Of a stretch of DNA of 64,000 nucleotides, positions 8,507 through 16,997 are shown in pieces. The translations under genes and the position numbers were made by a program. The notes beneath the pieces are model-generated. The model was not told the DNA's origin. It saw only the letters and a list, made by a program, of their open reading frames with translations, and made no database searches. This DNA comes from Escherichia phage vB_EcoM_ESCO10: sequence record OM386655.1. One strand, given 5' to 3'. Position 1 is the stretch's first letter. The number at the start of each line of letters is the position of its first letter.

Positions 8507-9079
8507 TCAACTCGTTATTTCTATCCAATGCTTCCTGCACAATGACACGTAAGAATCGTTGCCACCTATAGAAACTTGGTCGCCGTCCTTAATTGCGATA
8601 CCATTTTGGATACGAGCTGTCATAGTAGCCTTACGTCCACAATGGCACACACCTTTGTACTCAACGAGTTTATCTGCTGTAGCTAATAATTCAGCAGAGC
8701 CAGGAAACAGTTTACCCTGAAAATCAGTTCTTAGACCGTAACACATGACCGGTATATTATAATTATCTACTATCTTTGCTAATTGTTTTATTTGCAAAGG
8801 TTCTAAGAACTGTGCTTCATCCACAAACACACAGTGGATATCTTTTTGAGATTCAGCCCAACGATAGAACTCGTATAGGTCCATATCTGGAGTCACTGCA
8901 TTAGCCTCTTGGCTAATCCCTATACGAGACGAAATTCTATGGCTTGATTCTCTATTATCTATCGCAGGCTTTAAAAGGAGTACACCCATACCACGTTCTT
9001 TGTAGTTATGGGCCGCCGTTAGCAATGAAGAGGTCTTCCCAGAATTCATCGCAGCATAATGGAAATAAAGTTGGGCCAT
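8507..9079 (-). CDS. tk: thymidine kinase
   Basis: P-loop AAMNSGKT; strong similarity to E. coli Tdk / T4 Tk (MAQLYF..., CYGLRTDF, CRKH) from memory. Confidence 0.95.
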   Translation of the reverse strand: MAQLYFHYAAMNSGKTSSLLTAAHNYKERGMGVLLLKPAIDNRESSHRISSRIGISQEANAVTPDMDLYEFYRWAESQKDIHCVFVDEAQFLEPLQIKQLAKIVDNYNIPVMCYGLRTDFQGKLFPGSAELLATADKLVEYKGVCHCGRKATMTARIQNGIAIKDGDQVSIGGNDSYVSLCRKHWIEITS

Positions 9080-9088
9080 ATTACCTTC

Positions 9089-9277
9089 TTAAAGACTATT
9101 TACATAAGCAATTAATTCGTTTTCTTTCTCATCAAACTGTTCGGCGATTTTTTCGTAATCTTCAGCGCTCACAGGACCCCATTCATCGTATGATTGCATT
9201 CCAGAATTCTCTTCTAGAAGCTCATGGATAAGCTCAAACAATTTATCTTTTTGTTCTTTACTTAGACTCATAACCAT
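9089..9277 (-). CDS. hypothetical small acidic protein
   Basis: Track ORF 9089..9292 starts at TTG; start moved to ATG 9277 behind AAGG SD. Confidence 0.45.
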   Translation of the reverse strand: MVMSLSKEQKDKLFELIHELLEENSGMQSYDEWGPVSAEDYEKIAEQFDEKENELIAYVNSL

Positions 9278-9480
9278 TGCACCTTTAAACAATATTCATC
9301 TACGTGTTGGACACGTTTGTTTTTGTCAATAAAAGTATATTCAACATACTCGCCAATATACCGCTTATCCACATTGTGAGGACTTTTTATAGGACACTTG
9401 GTTACTCGGGTTTCAGTCCAGTGTCGAATAATTTCTGCTTTGTTTTTAGGGTCAAACGGATGTGGGTAATGGGCTTTCAT
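9268..9480 (-). CDS. hypothetical protein
   Basis: 70-aa ORF; overlaps 3' end of macro-domain gene by 29 nt. Confidence 0.4.
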   Translation of the reverse strand: MKAHYPHPFDPKNKAEIIRHWTETRVTKCPIKSPHNVDKRYIGEYVEYTFIDKNKRVQHVDEYCLKVQWL

Positions 9481-9922
9481 AATCTACCACCACTAAATTA
9501 ATATCAGGAGTAAACAAATTAATCAATTGATAAACATTGTCCCAATCACCACCAGCAATACCACAGCCAATGCGAGGAATATAAATTCTCGGTTTAAACA
9601 AAAGACCCTTTGCAGTACGGTTTAATTCTATCATACAGTTTACTAAAGCACCATAATCAAGATTAGGACCTGGTTCATATTGCGTATAAAGATTATAGCA
9701 AATTTGGCCATTATTGCCTGTGGCTTGAGTAAATGTCCCAAGTTTTGCCGCATCACCTAAATAAGTGGCTTCTCTATCAATGGCAAGAATAGGTGAATAA
9801 GCCTTAGCCAATTGACCTGCTACGCCCGAACCCATAGTATGAAAACAGTTACACCCATGAGCAACGTTATTACCTTGAAGAAACAGGGCGACGATATCGC
9901 CCTTAATATAATCAATAATCAT
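9452..9922 (-). CDS. macro-domain protein (putative ADP-ribose binding/processing)
   Basis: N-x(5)-MGSGVAGQLAKA and IGCGIAGGDW resemble the two Gly-rich macro-domain motifs; ATGA overlap with upstream gene. Confidence 0.55.
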   Translation of the reverse strand: MIIDYIKGDIVALFLQGNNVAHGCNCFHTMGSGVAGQLAKAYSPILAIDREATYLGDAAKLGTFTQATGNNGQICYNLYTQYEPGPNLDYGALVNCMIELNRTAKGLLFKPRIYIPRIGCGIAGGDWDNVYQLINLFTPDINLVVVDYESPLPTSV

Positions 9923-10275
9923 TTAGAGTTTAGTCCTCGGTTGTAAGAGTCAACGAGTCTGTCTACCATAGACGCGCACATTTCTTTATACTTTTTATCA
10001 GATGGAACACATTCAGTAACATTTAGACGTTGCTCGTATCTTTTAGAAAGGGTTTTCTCTTTCATTCGACGATGCTCGACGTCATTCTGCCCGTCTTTAA
10101 AAGCAGCTGTTATTTTTGAACTGAATTCAATAACACATTCAGTATTACTTGGATGACAATAATCTTTTGCTGTACGGGTAGCATACTCGACAATTGAATT
10201 ATTGGTATCATCAACCTGTGACGCTAATACTCCCGGAGCAATCAACATAAGCGCTATAGTCATCTGTTTAATCAT
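9919..10275 (-). CDS. secreted Cys-containing protein (signal peptide)
   Basis: N-terminal MIKQMTIALMLIAPGVLASQV; abuts upstream stop. Confidence 0.5.
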   Translation of the reverse strand: MIKQMTIALMLIAPGVLASQVDDTNNSIVEYATRTAKDYCHPSNTECVIEFSSKITAAFKDGQNDVEHRRMKEKTLSKRYEQRLNVTECVPSDKKYKEMCASMVDRLVDSYNRGLNSK

Positions 10276-10815
10276 TTAATATACCGCCTCAAACATCTTT
10301 TTAGATTTTAGGTAATTGGCCTTTTCTAGAACTTCCGAAGCATATTTACTACCTGCTTTGGCATTCCAGCCTGCATTATAAGAAGCAATCGCTTTTCTCA
10401 GGTCACCTTTGTGAACATTAATCCAATACGACAGTTCAATGTAGGCCCAAGAGGCACTGTTCTGTCGGTTTTGGACCATACGAATTATTTCTTTATCTGA
10501 CATCTTCCAACCTACCTGTTTAACACGACTTCTTAACGTAGGCAAGTAATTTTGGAACATGCCATAAGCATGGTGCTTATCTTTATTTAAACCTTGATTA
10601 ATCCCAGCAGATGATTCCTGCCATAATAATCCAGCCATTATATATCCTAATCCTTTTTGATTAGGGGTTTCTTTGAACTTTCCCGACTTTTGGTATTGTT
10701 CACCGAAAGCATACGCGTAATGTAAATTATCGAGTTGTTCATTACTGAAAGTAGGCTCTACGCTATAGGCAGACATACTAACTGTCAATAGTAAAGTGGC
10801 TAATACTTTTTTCAT
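10276..10815 (-). CDS. lytic transglycosylase-like protein with signal peptide
   Basis: Signal peptide MKKVLATLLLTVSMSAYS; catalytic-region-like LWQESSAG...AYGMFQ and AYNAG motif typical of SLT domains. Confidence 0.6.
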   Translation of the reverse strand: MKKVLATLLLTVSMSAYSVEPTFSNEQLDNLHYAYAFGEQYQKSGKFKETPNQKGLGYIMAGLLWQESSAGINQGLNKDKHHAYGMFQNYLPTLRSRVKQVGWKMSDKEIIRMVQNRQNSASWAYIELSYWINVHKGDLRKAIASYNAGWNAKAGSKYASEVLEKANYLKSKKMFEAVY

Positions 10816-10827
10816 GAGACCTCATTA

Positions 10828-11286
10828 TTAAAGATAGATTACTTTAGTGCTCGTTTTACCTTCTAAACGTTTAGAGTTAACAAATGCCATACGACATTTT
10901 AATGAATATCCTTTATCAGGATGTTTACGATCTACAGTCATACCTAACCATAAGGTTTTATCGGTAATCTCGAGACGCAGTGGACGATACACTTTACCTG
11001 GGACAATTTCAGATTCTACATCAGGCATAGGTTCCTGGATTAAAAATTCATGGATTTCTTTAACATGGTTATGGAGTTGCTTGAATAAAGCAAAAACGTA
11101 TTTTTCGTCAATTTCACGTTGGATAGCACGGTCCAATAGGTGATTAGAGTACTTAATAAAGAAAGCTGGGACTCCACTCTTAATGGCGGCTTTTTTGATG
11201 GATGTATTCAGTTCACGAAATTCGGTTTCGAACTGACGACGTAATTTGTTGCGGCGGATGAATACTTCTGAATTAATTTCTGACAT
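10828..11286 (-). CDS. regB: RegB site-specific endoribonuclease
   Basis: 152 aa; strong similarity to T4 RegB (EVFIRRNKLRR...HLLDRAIQREIDE) from memory; AGGAGAAA SD; early-promoter cassette. Confidence 0.85.
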   Translation of the reverse strand: MSEINSEVFIRRNKLRRQFETEFRELNTSIKKAAIKSGVPAFFIKYSNHLLDRAIQREIDEKYVFALFKQLHNHVKEIHEFLIQEPMPDVESEIVPGKVYRPLRLEITDKTLWLGMTVDRKHPDKGYSLKCRMAFVNSKRLEGKTSTKVIYL

Positions 11287-11313
11287 TTTGTTTCTCCTGT
11301 AGTTGATAGGTTT

Positions 11314-11342
11314 ATAGTATCATGCCTACAGGAGATGTAAAC
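11314..11342 (-). promoter_or_regulatory. early promoter cassette upstream of regB
   Basis: GTTTAC 11337..11342, TACTAT 11314..11319; inverted repeat CCTGTAG/CTACAGG (11296..11302, 11326..11332) overlapping the SD. Confidence 0.6.
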
Positions 11343-11346
11343 TGCT

Positions 11347-11556
11347 TTATTCTTGGAATGGTGTGAGTTTTCCAGCTATCGAACAAATTTCTACCATTGC
11401 AGGATAAAACTCTTTCACTTGTTCAAGGCGCTGGACAGCGTACCGCATTTCGCCTTCTTCAAGACAAGCAACCTGGTCATCGAGCAAATATTTGTGGTAA
11501 CCGGTACAGGCTTCGCTAATGATACGTTGGAATTCTTGCAAACTTTCAATTTTCAC
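11347..11556 (-). CDS. hypothetical protein
   Basis: Track ORF 11347..11598 overlaps upstream gene; proposed GTG start at 11556 behind GAGGAAAAA SD; start uncertain. Confidence 0.4.
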   Translation of the reverse strand: MKIESLQEFQRIISEACTGYHKYLLDDQVACLEEGEMRYAVQRLEQVKEFYPAMVEICSIAGKLTPFQE

Positions 11557-11819
11557 TAGTATTTTTCCTCGGGTCGAAATACTGCACGACATGCCCACAT
11601 GCTGGCTTCTTTTAGATGTTGCTTAGCATACTTAAGAGCCTGCACCGCATCCATATCTTCTTTGGTTTGTTGCTCTGTTTCATTTTCTTTCAAGATATAT
11701 GCTTCTTCAATCAGAGCATCAAACATCAATCCAAGACGGACTTCTGCATCTTTAATAGCGTTCACTTTACCGATTTTATCGTCGGTATGCGGCTTGTAAC
11801 CTTTGATGTCTTCAATCAT
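11556..11819 (-). CDS. hypothetical protein
   Basis: 87-aa ORF; ATGA overlap with upstream gene. Confidence 0.5.
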   Translation of the reverse strand: MIEDIKGYKPHTDDKIGKVNAIKDAEVRLGLMFDALIEEAYILKENETEQQTKEDMDAVQALKYAKQHLKEASMWACRAVFRPEEKY

Positions 11820-12034
11820 TTCACTTCCTCACCAGTTGCGATATCATATTCTACCAAACGAAGCCCATCCGTCCAACCTTGTACGGAGATATAAGTGGTC
11901 GGATAAACCATTTCTTTACCATTCCATTGACCACCGTCCCAGACTTCCAGAAAGTCTTGTTCACCGGGTCCATTAAACCATTCAACGAATCTTTTCAAGG
12001 CTACATCAGAGCCTTCAATCGTCAGTTTAGACAT
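11816..12034 (-). CDS. hypothetical protein
   Basis: Track ORF 11816..12073; start placed at ATG 12034 overlapping upstream stop; alternatives 12049, 12073. Confidence 0.4.
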   Translation of the reverse strand: MSKLTIEGSDVALKRFVEWFNGPGEQDFLEVWDGGQWNGKEMVYPTTYISVQGWTDGLRLVEYDIATGEEVK

Positions 12035-12323
12035 ATTTTTTCCAGTCATTAACCATACGAATCTCTTGGTCATATGTCAAGAGGCTACGAGTTATAATAC
12101 CCTTACATGGTCCTGAGATGAACTCTAGAGTGAAGTAAGGAACTTGTTTCATTAATCGGATACTTGGGGCATGGCATCTAAAACGAGAGCCTGTAAATGG
12201 CCCTGACATGAACACGTATTCTAATGGATAGAAATATGCGTATTCAAAATTTATAGTAAGGTCTTCTCTTCGAACCTTACGTGAGAAATAGCAGAACTCA
12301 AAAAGCTCTTCATCAGTCATCAT
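12027..12323 (-). CDS. hypothetical protein
   Basis: 98-aa ORF; ATGA overlap with upstream gene. Confidence 0.5.
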   Translation of the reverse strand: MMTDEELFEFCYFSRKVRREDLTINFEYAYFYPLEYVFMSGPFTGSRFRCHAPSIRLMKQVPYFTLEFISGPCKGIITRSLLTYDQEIRMVNDWKKYV

Positions 12324-12859
12324 TGCATTCCAATCACAAAAAATTGAGGTCGAGTATTACCACCAATGCAAAATTTACTATCGCAGCAGTACTGTACAGT
12401 GTCAATATGGGCACTATAAATCTTATCCATATCAGGAGATTTAATAGGCTCATCAATTATATACAAAATTCGCGAAAGCTTTAAACCTCTGAACTTGCTT
12501 CCTTTATTACCGATAAAGCTACGTAATGAATCATGGAAAAGCCGGTAACGAATATCTTCCGCGCTAAAACGAATAAAATCATTTTTGATAGAATCGGATG
12601 AAATTTTAGCGTAAGCTGAAGTATTAGAAAGAACAATAACTGTTCCGCCATCATATAACCAATTGGCAGCAAAGTTAGTCACAGCAATTGATTTACCGGA
12701 TTGACGTCCACCATCTATACGAAGTGTGCAATACTGTTTAAGTACGTCTTCAAATGGCGGGATATAATCGTTTTTACAAAGTTCTTCTATTCGAGCATCA
12801 GAATGGTGGGTAAAAGCATTCATCAGGGATAGATAAGGTCCGGTTAAAAAAGTTCTCAT
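12320..12859 (-). CDS. P-loop protein (Walker A/B)
   Basis: GGRQSGKS and ILYIIDE motifs; start placed at ATG 12859 behind AAGAGAAA SD (track start 12910). Confidence 0.5.
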   Translation of the reverse strand: MRTFLTGPYLSLMNAFTHHSDARIEELCKNDYIPPFEDVLKQYCTLRIDGGRQSGKSIAVTNFAANWLYDGGTVIVLSNTSAYAKISSDSIKNDFIRFSAEDIRYRLFHDSLRSFIGNKGSKFRGLKLSRILYIIDEPIKSPDMDKIYSAHIDTVQYCCDSKFCIGGNTRPQFFVIGMQ

Positions 12860-13021
12860 ATTGTTTCTCTTAAGGTTTTGGGGCCATTCCTTGGCACATA
12901 ATTCATCCATGTATCCGTATGTAACCCTTTACCGCACTTGGGCTCGACCTTATTACAGGTAGGGAAAGGTCCATCACTCAGAGGACGCGACGTTCATGAG
13001 GAGAGGGCCGGCTTGCCTTTA

Positions 13022-13321
13022 TTAGAAAGAACCAGAGCCTTTAATTGTATTCTGACGTCCTTTATTTTCTACTTCAGAGTGGTCGATTTCGTAAGCTTGT
13101 GCTACACCAAAGGATTTTTTAATTTTAGCCAATGAGCCTTTAGAAATAACAATGTTAAAGGTGTTGCCTTTAGAAAAATCAACCAACTCTACAGTAACAC
13201 CGTTATTGGTTAAACTATTAACAATAGCATCAACATATTGCTGGTCTAAAGTTCCCTGAACGCCAATTTGAAAAGCTTTAGGTGCTTTAGCTTCAGTGAT
13301 AAATTCTTGATATGTTTTCAT
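13022..13321 (-). CDS. internal-protein-like head cargo protein (capsid-targeting N-terminus)
   Basis: Begins MKTYQEFITEAK, matching the T4 IPI/II/III capsid targeting sequence MKTYQEFIAE; AAGGAATAAT SD. Confidence 0.7.
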   Translation of the reverse strand: MKTYQEFITEAKAPKAFQIGVQGTLDQQYVDAIVNSLTNNGVTVELVDFSKGNTFNIVISKGSLAKIKKSFGVAQAYEIDHSEVENKGRQNTIKGSGSF

Positions 13322-13329
13322 ATTATTCC

Positions 13330-13689
13330 TTAAAGATGGTCAAGGGCTGGGTTATGAGGTTTTTCTGCTTTAGTAGTGTTTTTATGCCAATCTGATTTAG
13401 AAACACGGATGGCATCAGCGCCATAAGAACTCTTAAGGAGACCTTTTTTATTGTACACACTTATTGAAGTAAGAGAATCACCATTCCATGTAGCATGAAT
13501 GAAGTTAGATTTAGATTTAAGTTCTTTAGCCAAGCTCTGGTTAGTGGCCATGGAAGCAAAGTCTATACCTGTAACTTTAAAAACTTCAGATGGGTTCAGC
13601 CCTTCTTTAGCCTTAGCCAATTGTTCAGGAGACATACCTTCGTTAATGCGCTGAGTAGATTCAGTAATAAATTGTTTGTAAGTTTTCAT
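13330..13689 (-). CDS. internal-protein-like head cargo protein
   Basis: Begins MKTYKQFITEST; AAGGAATAAT SD; early-like promoter upstream. Confidence 0.7.
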   Translation of the reverse strand: MKTYKQFITESTQRINEGMSPEQLAKAKEGLNPSEVFKVTGIDFASMATNQSLAKELKSKSNFIHATWNGDSLTSISVYNKKGLLKSSYGADAIRVSKSDWHKNTTKAEKPHNPALDHL

Positions 13690-13713
13690 ATTATTCCTTA
13701 AGTTGATAGAAGT

Positions 13714-13743
13714 ATTCTATCACGGATTTAATTAAGCGTAAAT
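13714..13743 (-). promoter_or_regulatory. early-like promoter upstream of IP-like gene
   Basis: ATTTAC (-35 variant), 18-nt spacer, TAGAAT -10. Confidence 0.35.
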
Positions 13744-14148
13744 AGCCTTACCATAATGTTTGTACCAGGTAGGGCGTTGTGCAATTTTTTCGTCTAAACG
13801 GGCTTGTGATATAGCGATAGAAGCTTCATGGGGAATATAATCACCACGGAATTCCTGAGGAATATCACTAATATCCTGGACTGTAGTATCCTTGATATTA
13901 AACCCGCGTTTTAGACATTCGGCTATAAGCTCAATTTGACGTTTACGTAAGAACTCAAGCTTATCGTAAAAGAATGTAACATGACCCGTGCCAAGGATAA
14001 AACCTGAGCTGATTTTAAAATCACGAACACGTTTACCATTAGCAACATGCTTACGAACTGCACTGAAAACACGTGGTAATTCACGATATTCAGCCATTAA
14101 GTGTTGGTCAGCCAATTCAGATACTAAAGTAAGGTTGATACGAGTCAT
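13732..14148 (-). CDS. denV: endonuclease V (pyrimidine-dimer DNA glycosylase)
   Basis: 138 aa, near-identical to T4 DenV as recalled ([28 protein letters not shown]...); start corrected from track 14325 to ATG 14148. Confidence 0.95.
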   Translation of the reverse strand: MTRINLTLVSELADQHLMAEYRELPRVFSAVRKHVANGKRVRDFKISSGFILGTGHVTFFYDKLEFLRKRQIELIAECLKRGFNIKDTTVQDISDIPQEFRGDYIPHEASIAISQARLDEKIAQRPTWYKHYGKAIYA

Positions 14149-14176
14149 TTTTAATCTCCTGTGTCGGTATGAGAGT

Positions 14177-14205
14177 ATCATATCACAACTACAGGAGATG
14201 TAAAC
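14177..14205 (-). promoter_or_regulatory. early promoter cassette upstream of denV
   Basis: GTTTAC 14200..14205, 17 nt, TATGAT 14177..14182; CCTGT/ACAGG stem pairs into the SD. Confidence 0.6.
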
Positions 14206-14209
14206 AACT

Positions 14210-14704
14210 TTATAGATTTTTATACGCGTCCCAAGTACCAGTTCTAAACGTTGAAATGACTCGCTTAGCTCGGTTGGGGGTCTGTTTGTACCAACGAGAC
14301 TGTGCCAGGTTAACTGCGGCCTCATCCCAACGTTTTTGTTGGAGCATACGAAGAGAGTTAGTAAATCCTGCTACACCAGCTTCACCCATTTGGAAGACCA
14401 TATTAATTAGTGCGCAACGACGAACTTCGTCAAGCACATCATAAACAGGTTTCAATTTAGGATTACGCAGAATAGCTCTACGAGCATTTTCCACTGAACG
14501 ATTAAAGAGTTGTTCTGCTTCAGTCATTGTAATACGACCATTACAAACTCGACCCATAAGTTTATCAAGTTCAGCACGAGCAACATCTTTAGAAGGATTC
14601 TTGGTTATCAATTGACCGATGCCAATAGTCCAATAACCTTCGGTGTCTTTATAAAGATTTAAATCAAGACCTTCGTCTTGACGTAACATATCAAAAATAT
14701 CCAT
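14210..14704 (-). CDS. e: lysozyme (endolysin)
   Basis: 164 aa, near-identical to T4 lysozyme ([17 protein letters not shown], ...[11 protein letters not shown]). Confidence 0.97.
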   Translation of the reverse strand: MDIFDMLRQDEGLDLNLYKDTEGYWTIGIGQLITKNPSKDVARAELDKLMGRVCNGRITMTEAEQLFNRSVENARRAILRNPKLKPVYDVLDEVRRCALINMVFQMGEAGVAGFTNSLRMLQQKRWDEAAVNLAQSRWYKQTPNRAKRVISTFRTGTWDAYKNL

Positions 14705-14734
14705 AATACCTCCTGAGTATAGGAGGTATTTATT
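14705..14734 (-). promoter_or_regulatory. SD-sequestering hairpin and late-promoter-like box in front of lysozyme gene e
   Basis: mRNA ACCUCCU-AUACUC-AGGAGGU (14708..14727) holds the SD in the 3' arm 4 nt before AUG; AAUAAAUA box (14727..14734) abuts the 5' arm. Confidence 0.6.
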
Positions 14735-14738
14735 ATTC

Positions 14739-15188
14739 TTAGAACATCGAGCTCAGAACCTTATACATCGACTGGCCCATGACATATTCCCATTGTGGAC
14801 GTTTAATCAAGGCGAAAGCATCGAACTCAGGAATACTACGACCGTCAGGGAACGTATGATAAGCAGTACATTTGCAATTCTTGAACTGCTCGTGTTCCAC
14901 AGGCACAGTATATAAGAACAGGTGTAGATTCTTATTGCTAGAATATTTGAACTCACCTAGGTCTTTCAGGAACGCAGGGTCATATGCAGTGAATCCAATC
15001 TCTTCTTCGGTTTCACGCATAGCGGCTTGAATTGGTTCTTCACCCAGTTCAACATGACCTTTAGGAATGTCCCATTTATGACGCATATTCTCTGGATTAC
15101 GAGAACCTGTTACACGGCCCATGACTAGTTCTTTATCAACGGTCATGAACAAAATACCTGCTGATAGTTCTTTAACTTTCTTACTCAT
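14739..15188 (-). CDS. nudE: Nudix hydrolase
   Basis: Nudix box [23 protein letters not shown]; 149 aa (T4 NudE about 151); start moved to ATG 15188; directly downstream of e as in T4. Confidence 0.8.
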   Translation of the reverse strand: MSKKVKELSAGILFMTVDKELVMGRVTGSRNPENMRHKWDIPKGHVELGEEPIQAAMRETEEEIGFTAYDPAFLKDLGEFKYSSNKNLHLFLYTVPVEHEQFKNCKCTAYHTFPDGRSIPEFDAFALIKRPQWEYVMGQSMYKVLSSMF

Positions 15189-15417
15189 CGTCTCGTTTCC
15201 ATGATTGGTTAAAAATATCTTGCATAATAATTTCAAGGCGGGTTTCTGTTGATGGACTTTCACTATTAGATACTTGAACCATATAGTCGGAAATAGGACG
15301 GAACATATCCAAGTCACTTTCTAAATCTTCTTTTATTTTCTCTTCCGATGCTCCAGTATCATAGGAATACAGATAAGAATCGCATGATTCAGATTTAACA
15401 TAAATCGCAATACTCAT
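15181..15417 (-). CDS. hypothetical acidic protein
   Basis: Start by ATGA overlap with upstream stop (alternative ATG 15426). Confidence 0.45.
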   Translation of the reverse strand: MSIAIYVKSESCDSYLYSYDTGASEEKIKEDLESDLDMFRPISDYMVQVSNSESPSTETRLEIIMQDIFNQSWKRDDE

Positions 15418-16007
15418 TTTCGACATTCCTCAATAAAATCATTTAAATTCTGTTTAGTTTTACCTTCGTCATAAAGACGTTGTTGACGACGTAATCGCCA
15501 TGGCATTTCAATAGCCAAACACCAGATACTTAAAGCAGCACCAGCAGTAAAAAGGTTCATTAACCCAGCGCCAATAATAGTTCGTTCTAACGCATCATTC
15601 CAGTTGACATCAATTAAAAACGAGCTCAGCACTAGCATCGGAAATAAAGTAATAAGATATGCCACTACATATCGTCCAAACGTAAGCCATTCAGTATCAA
15701 TGAGCTTGGCCTTCCCATCTTGGAGGCAAATATACTTATCGTCAGTGCGAGTAATTTTCTTTGCGGGTTGCCATCCATTAACGATATATCCCATTTTATA
15801 TTCCTCAATTAAAAGCTCTTTCATATGACGGTTACAGTGCGACCAATCTACTGTACTGGCTGAAAGACCTTCATCACCATCATCAAGATTTCGCCAGGAC
15901 TTTTTAATAACCATATTTTCACCGCTTGGTACAATGATTCCGGCGTTTTCAGAACGCCGGACGAAGTTCACATCAAGGCCCATACATCCGGGTTCATAAA
16001 GAGCCAT
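15414..16007 (-). CDS. membrane protein (C-terminal TM helices)
   Basis: 197-aa ORF; GGAGGG SD; TAATG start/stop overlap with upstream gene. Confidence 0.55.
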   Translation of the reverse strand: MALYEPGCMGLDVNFVRRSENAGIIVPSGENMVIKKSWRNLDDGDEGLSASTVDWSHCNRHMKELLIEEYKMGYIVNGWQPAKKITRTDDKYICLQDGKAKLIDTEWLTFGRYVVAYLITLFPMLVLSSFLIDVNWNDALERTIIGAGLMNLFTAGAALSIWCLAIEMPWRLRRQQRLYDEGKTKQNLNDFIEECRK

Positions 16008-16693
16008 TACCAGCCCTCCATAGGGAATTCAAGATAAACCTGAGCATTAACACGAATTTCATTGGTAATATTTTTAACACGGTCAGTGTTACGAGATACA
16101 CGACCAAACCAACGCCATCCATTACTTACCGTACGAGAACCAGTATGCCAGGTTTGCCAATCAAACTGCAAGAGTGTACGGTCTGGAGCTTCCCACTGCT
16201 CTAATTCACCTGATTCAATTTTAGCCAAGACTTCTTTGTGCCATTGACGATAAATCAATTCACCTTCCGGGATTTCACTAAAGGTAGCTTCACCTGTAGC
16301 AAAATGGGTAGGACACACATCAGCGTTAACAAGACCAAGAATGTGTTCAGATAAATAGAGAGGATTGTCATAATCAGGTTGTCCTGCAGTAATAAAATGT
16401 TGGCCTGTTGGAATAGGTGGACGAGGAACATCGTCGTGGTGATAACCTGGGATAGCCGGATACCAGCCAGGCATCAACATATGCACACGCGAATCAAACA
16501 CTACTTGGTCATTGTTCCAATCATCAGGCAAGTTCATAATAAAAGAGCGCGTAATAGGGCCGCCATTATTATAAGCAAATTCTAAACTACAGTTGAAGAA
16601 CATCGGTTCGTTCTTGATTTTATCATTAGAAATGCCACCAGCAAAACCACCTACTGCACGAGCTTGACTATTAAAAGTTTTAGGACCGTTCAT
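16007..16693 (-). CDS. hypothetical protein
   Basis: Track ORF to 16777; start placed at ATG 16693 behind GAGGAAAA SD. Confidence 0.5.
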   Translation of the reverse strand: MNGPKTFNSQARAVGGFAGGISNDKIKNEPMFFNCSLEFAYNNGGPITRSFIMNLPDDWNNDQVVFDSRVHMLMPGWYPAIPGYHHDDVPRPPIPTGQHFITAGQPDYDNPLYLSEHILGLVNADVCPTHFATGEATFSEIPEGELIYRQWHKEVLAKIESGELEQWEAPDRTLLQFDWQTWHTGSRTVSNGWRWFGRVSRNTDRVKNITNEIRVNAQVYLEFPMEGW

Positions 16694-16706
16694 AATATTT
16701 TCCTCA

Positions 16707-16919
16707 TTACTTTTTATTGAAAAAGTACATTTTACCTTTAGGAGATAAAGATACACGAAGTGCGTTACCGATACCAACTGAACATTTAACCAGGTCGGCA
16801 GATTTCAATTCACCGAACGCTTGACGAAGGTCACCATCACGAGTGTTAACCATCAGGCATTTAGCACCAGCTGCACGAACTTCGTTTAACATGTTGATTG
16901 CTTGGTTAGAAAGTTTCAT
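16707..16919 (-). CDS. hypothetical small protein
   Basis: Start placed at ATG 16919 behind GGAGAA SD, downstream of early-promoter cassette; track start 16997 lies inside the promoter. Confidence 0.5.
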   Translation of the reverse strand: MKLSNQAINMLNEVRAAGAKCLMVNTRDGDLRQAFGELKSADLVKCSVGIGNALRVSLSPKGKMYFFNKK

Positions 16920-16956
16920 TTTATTCTCCATTTCACTCTGTTGTTTTGATAGGTCT

Positions 16957-16985
16957 ATAGTATCACACCTATAGACCTTGTACAC
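16957..16985 (-). promoter_or_regulatory. early promoter cassette (GTGTAC -35 variant, TACTAT -10)
   Basis: Inverted repeat GGTCTATAG/CTATAGACC brackets the -10; conserved leader. Confidence 0.5.
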
Positions 16986-16997
16986 TGTTTTGTGCAT

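Noticed and set aside
9080-9130. TGCTTA box upstream of tk as a MotA middle promoter
   Set aside because: No acceptable TANNNT -10 at the required 11-13 nt spacing, and the transcript would start too close to the ATG to include an SD.
13732-14325. Track version of denV extending to 14325 (197 aa) and overlapping the lysozyme gene
   Set aside because: The T4 DenV-matching sequence starts at ATG 14148, which has an AGGAGA SD and its own promoter cassette; the upstream extension runs through that promoter and into gene e.
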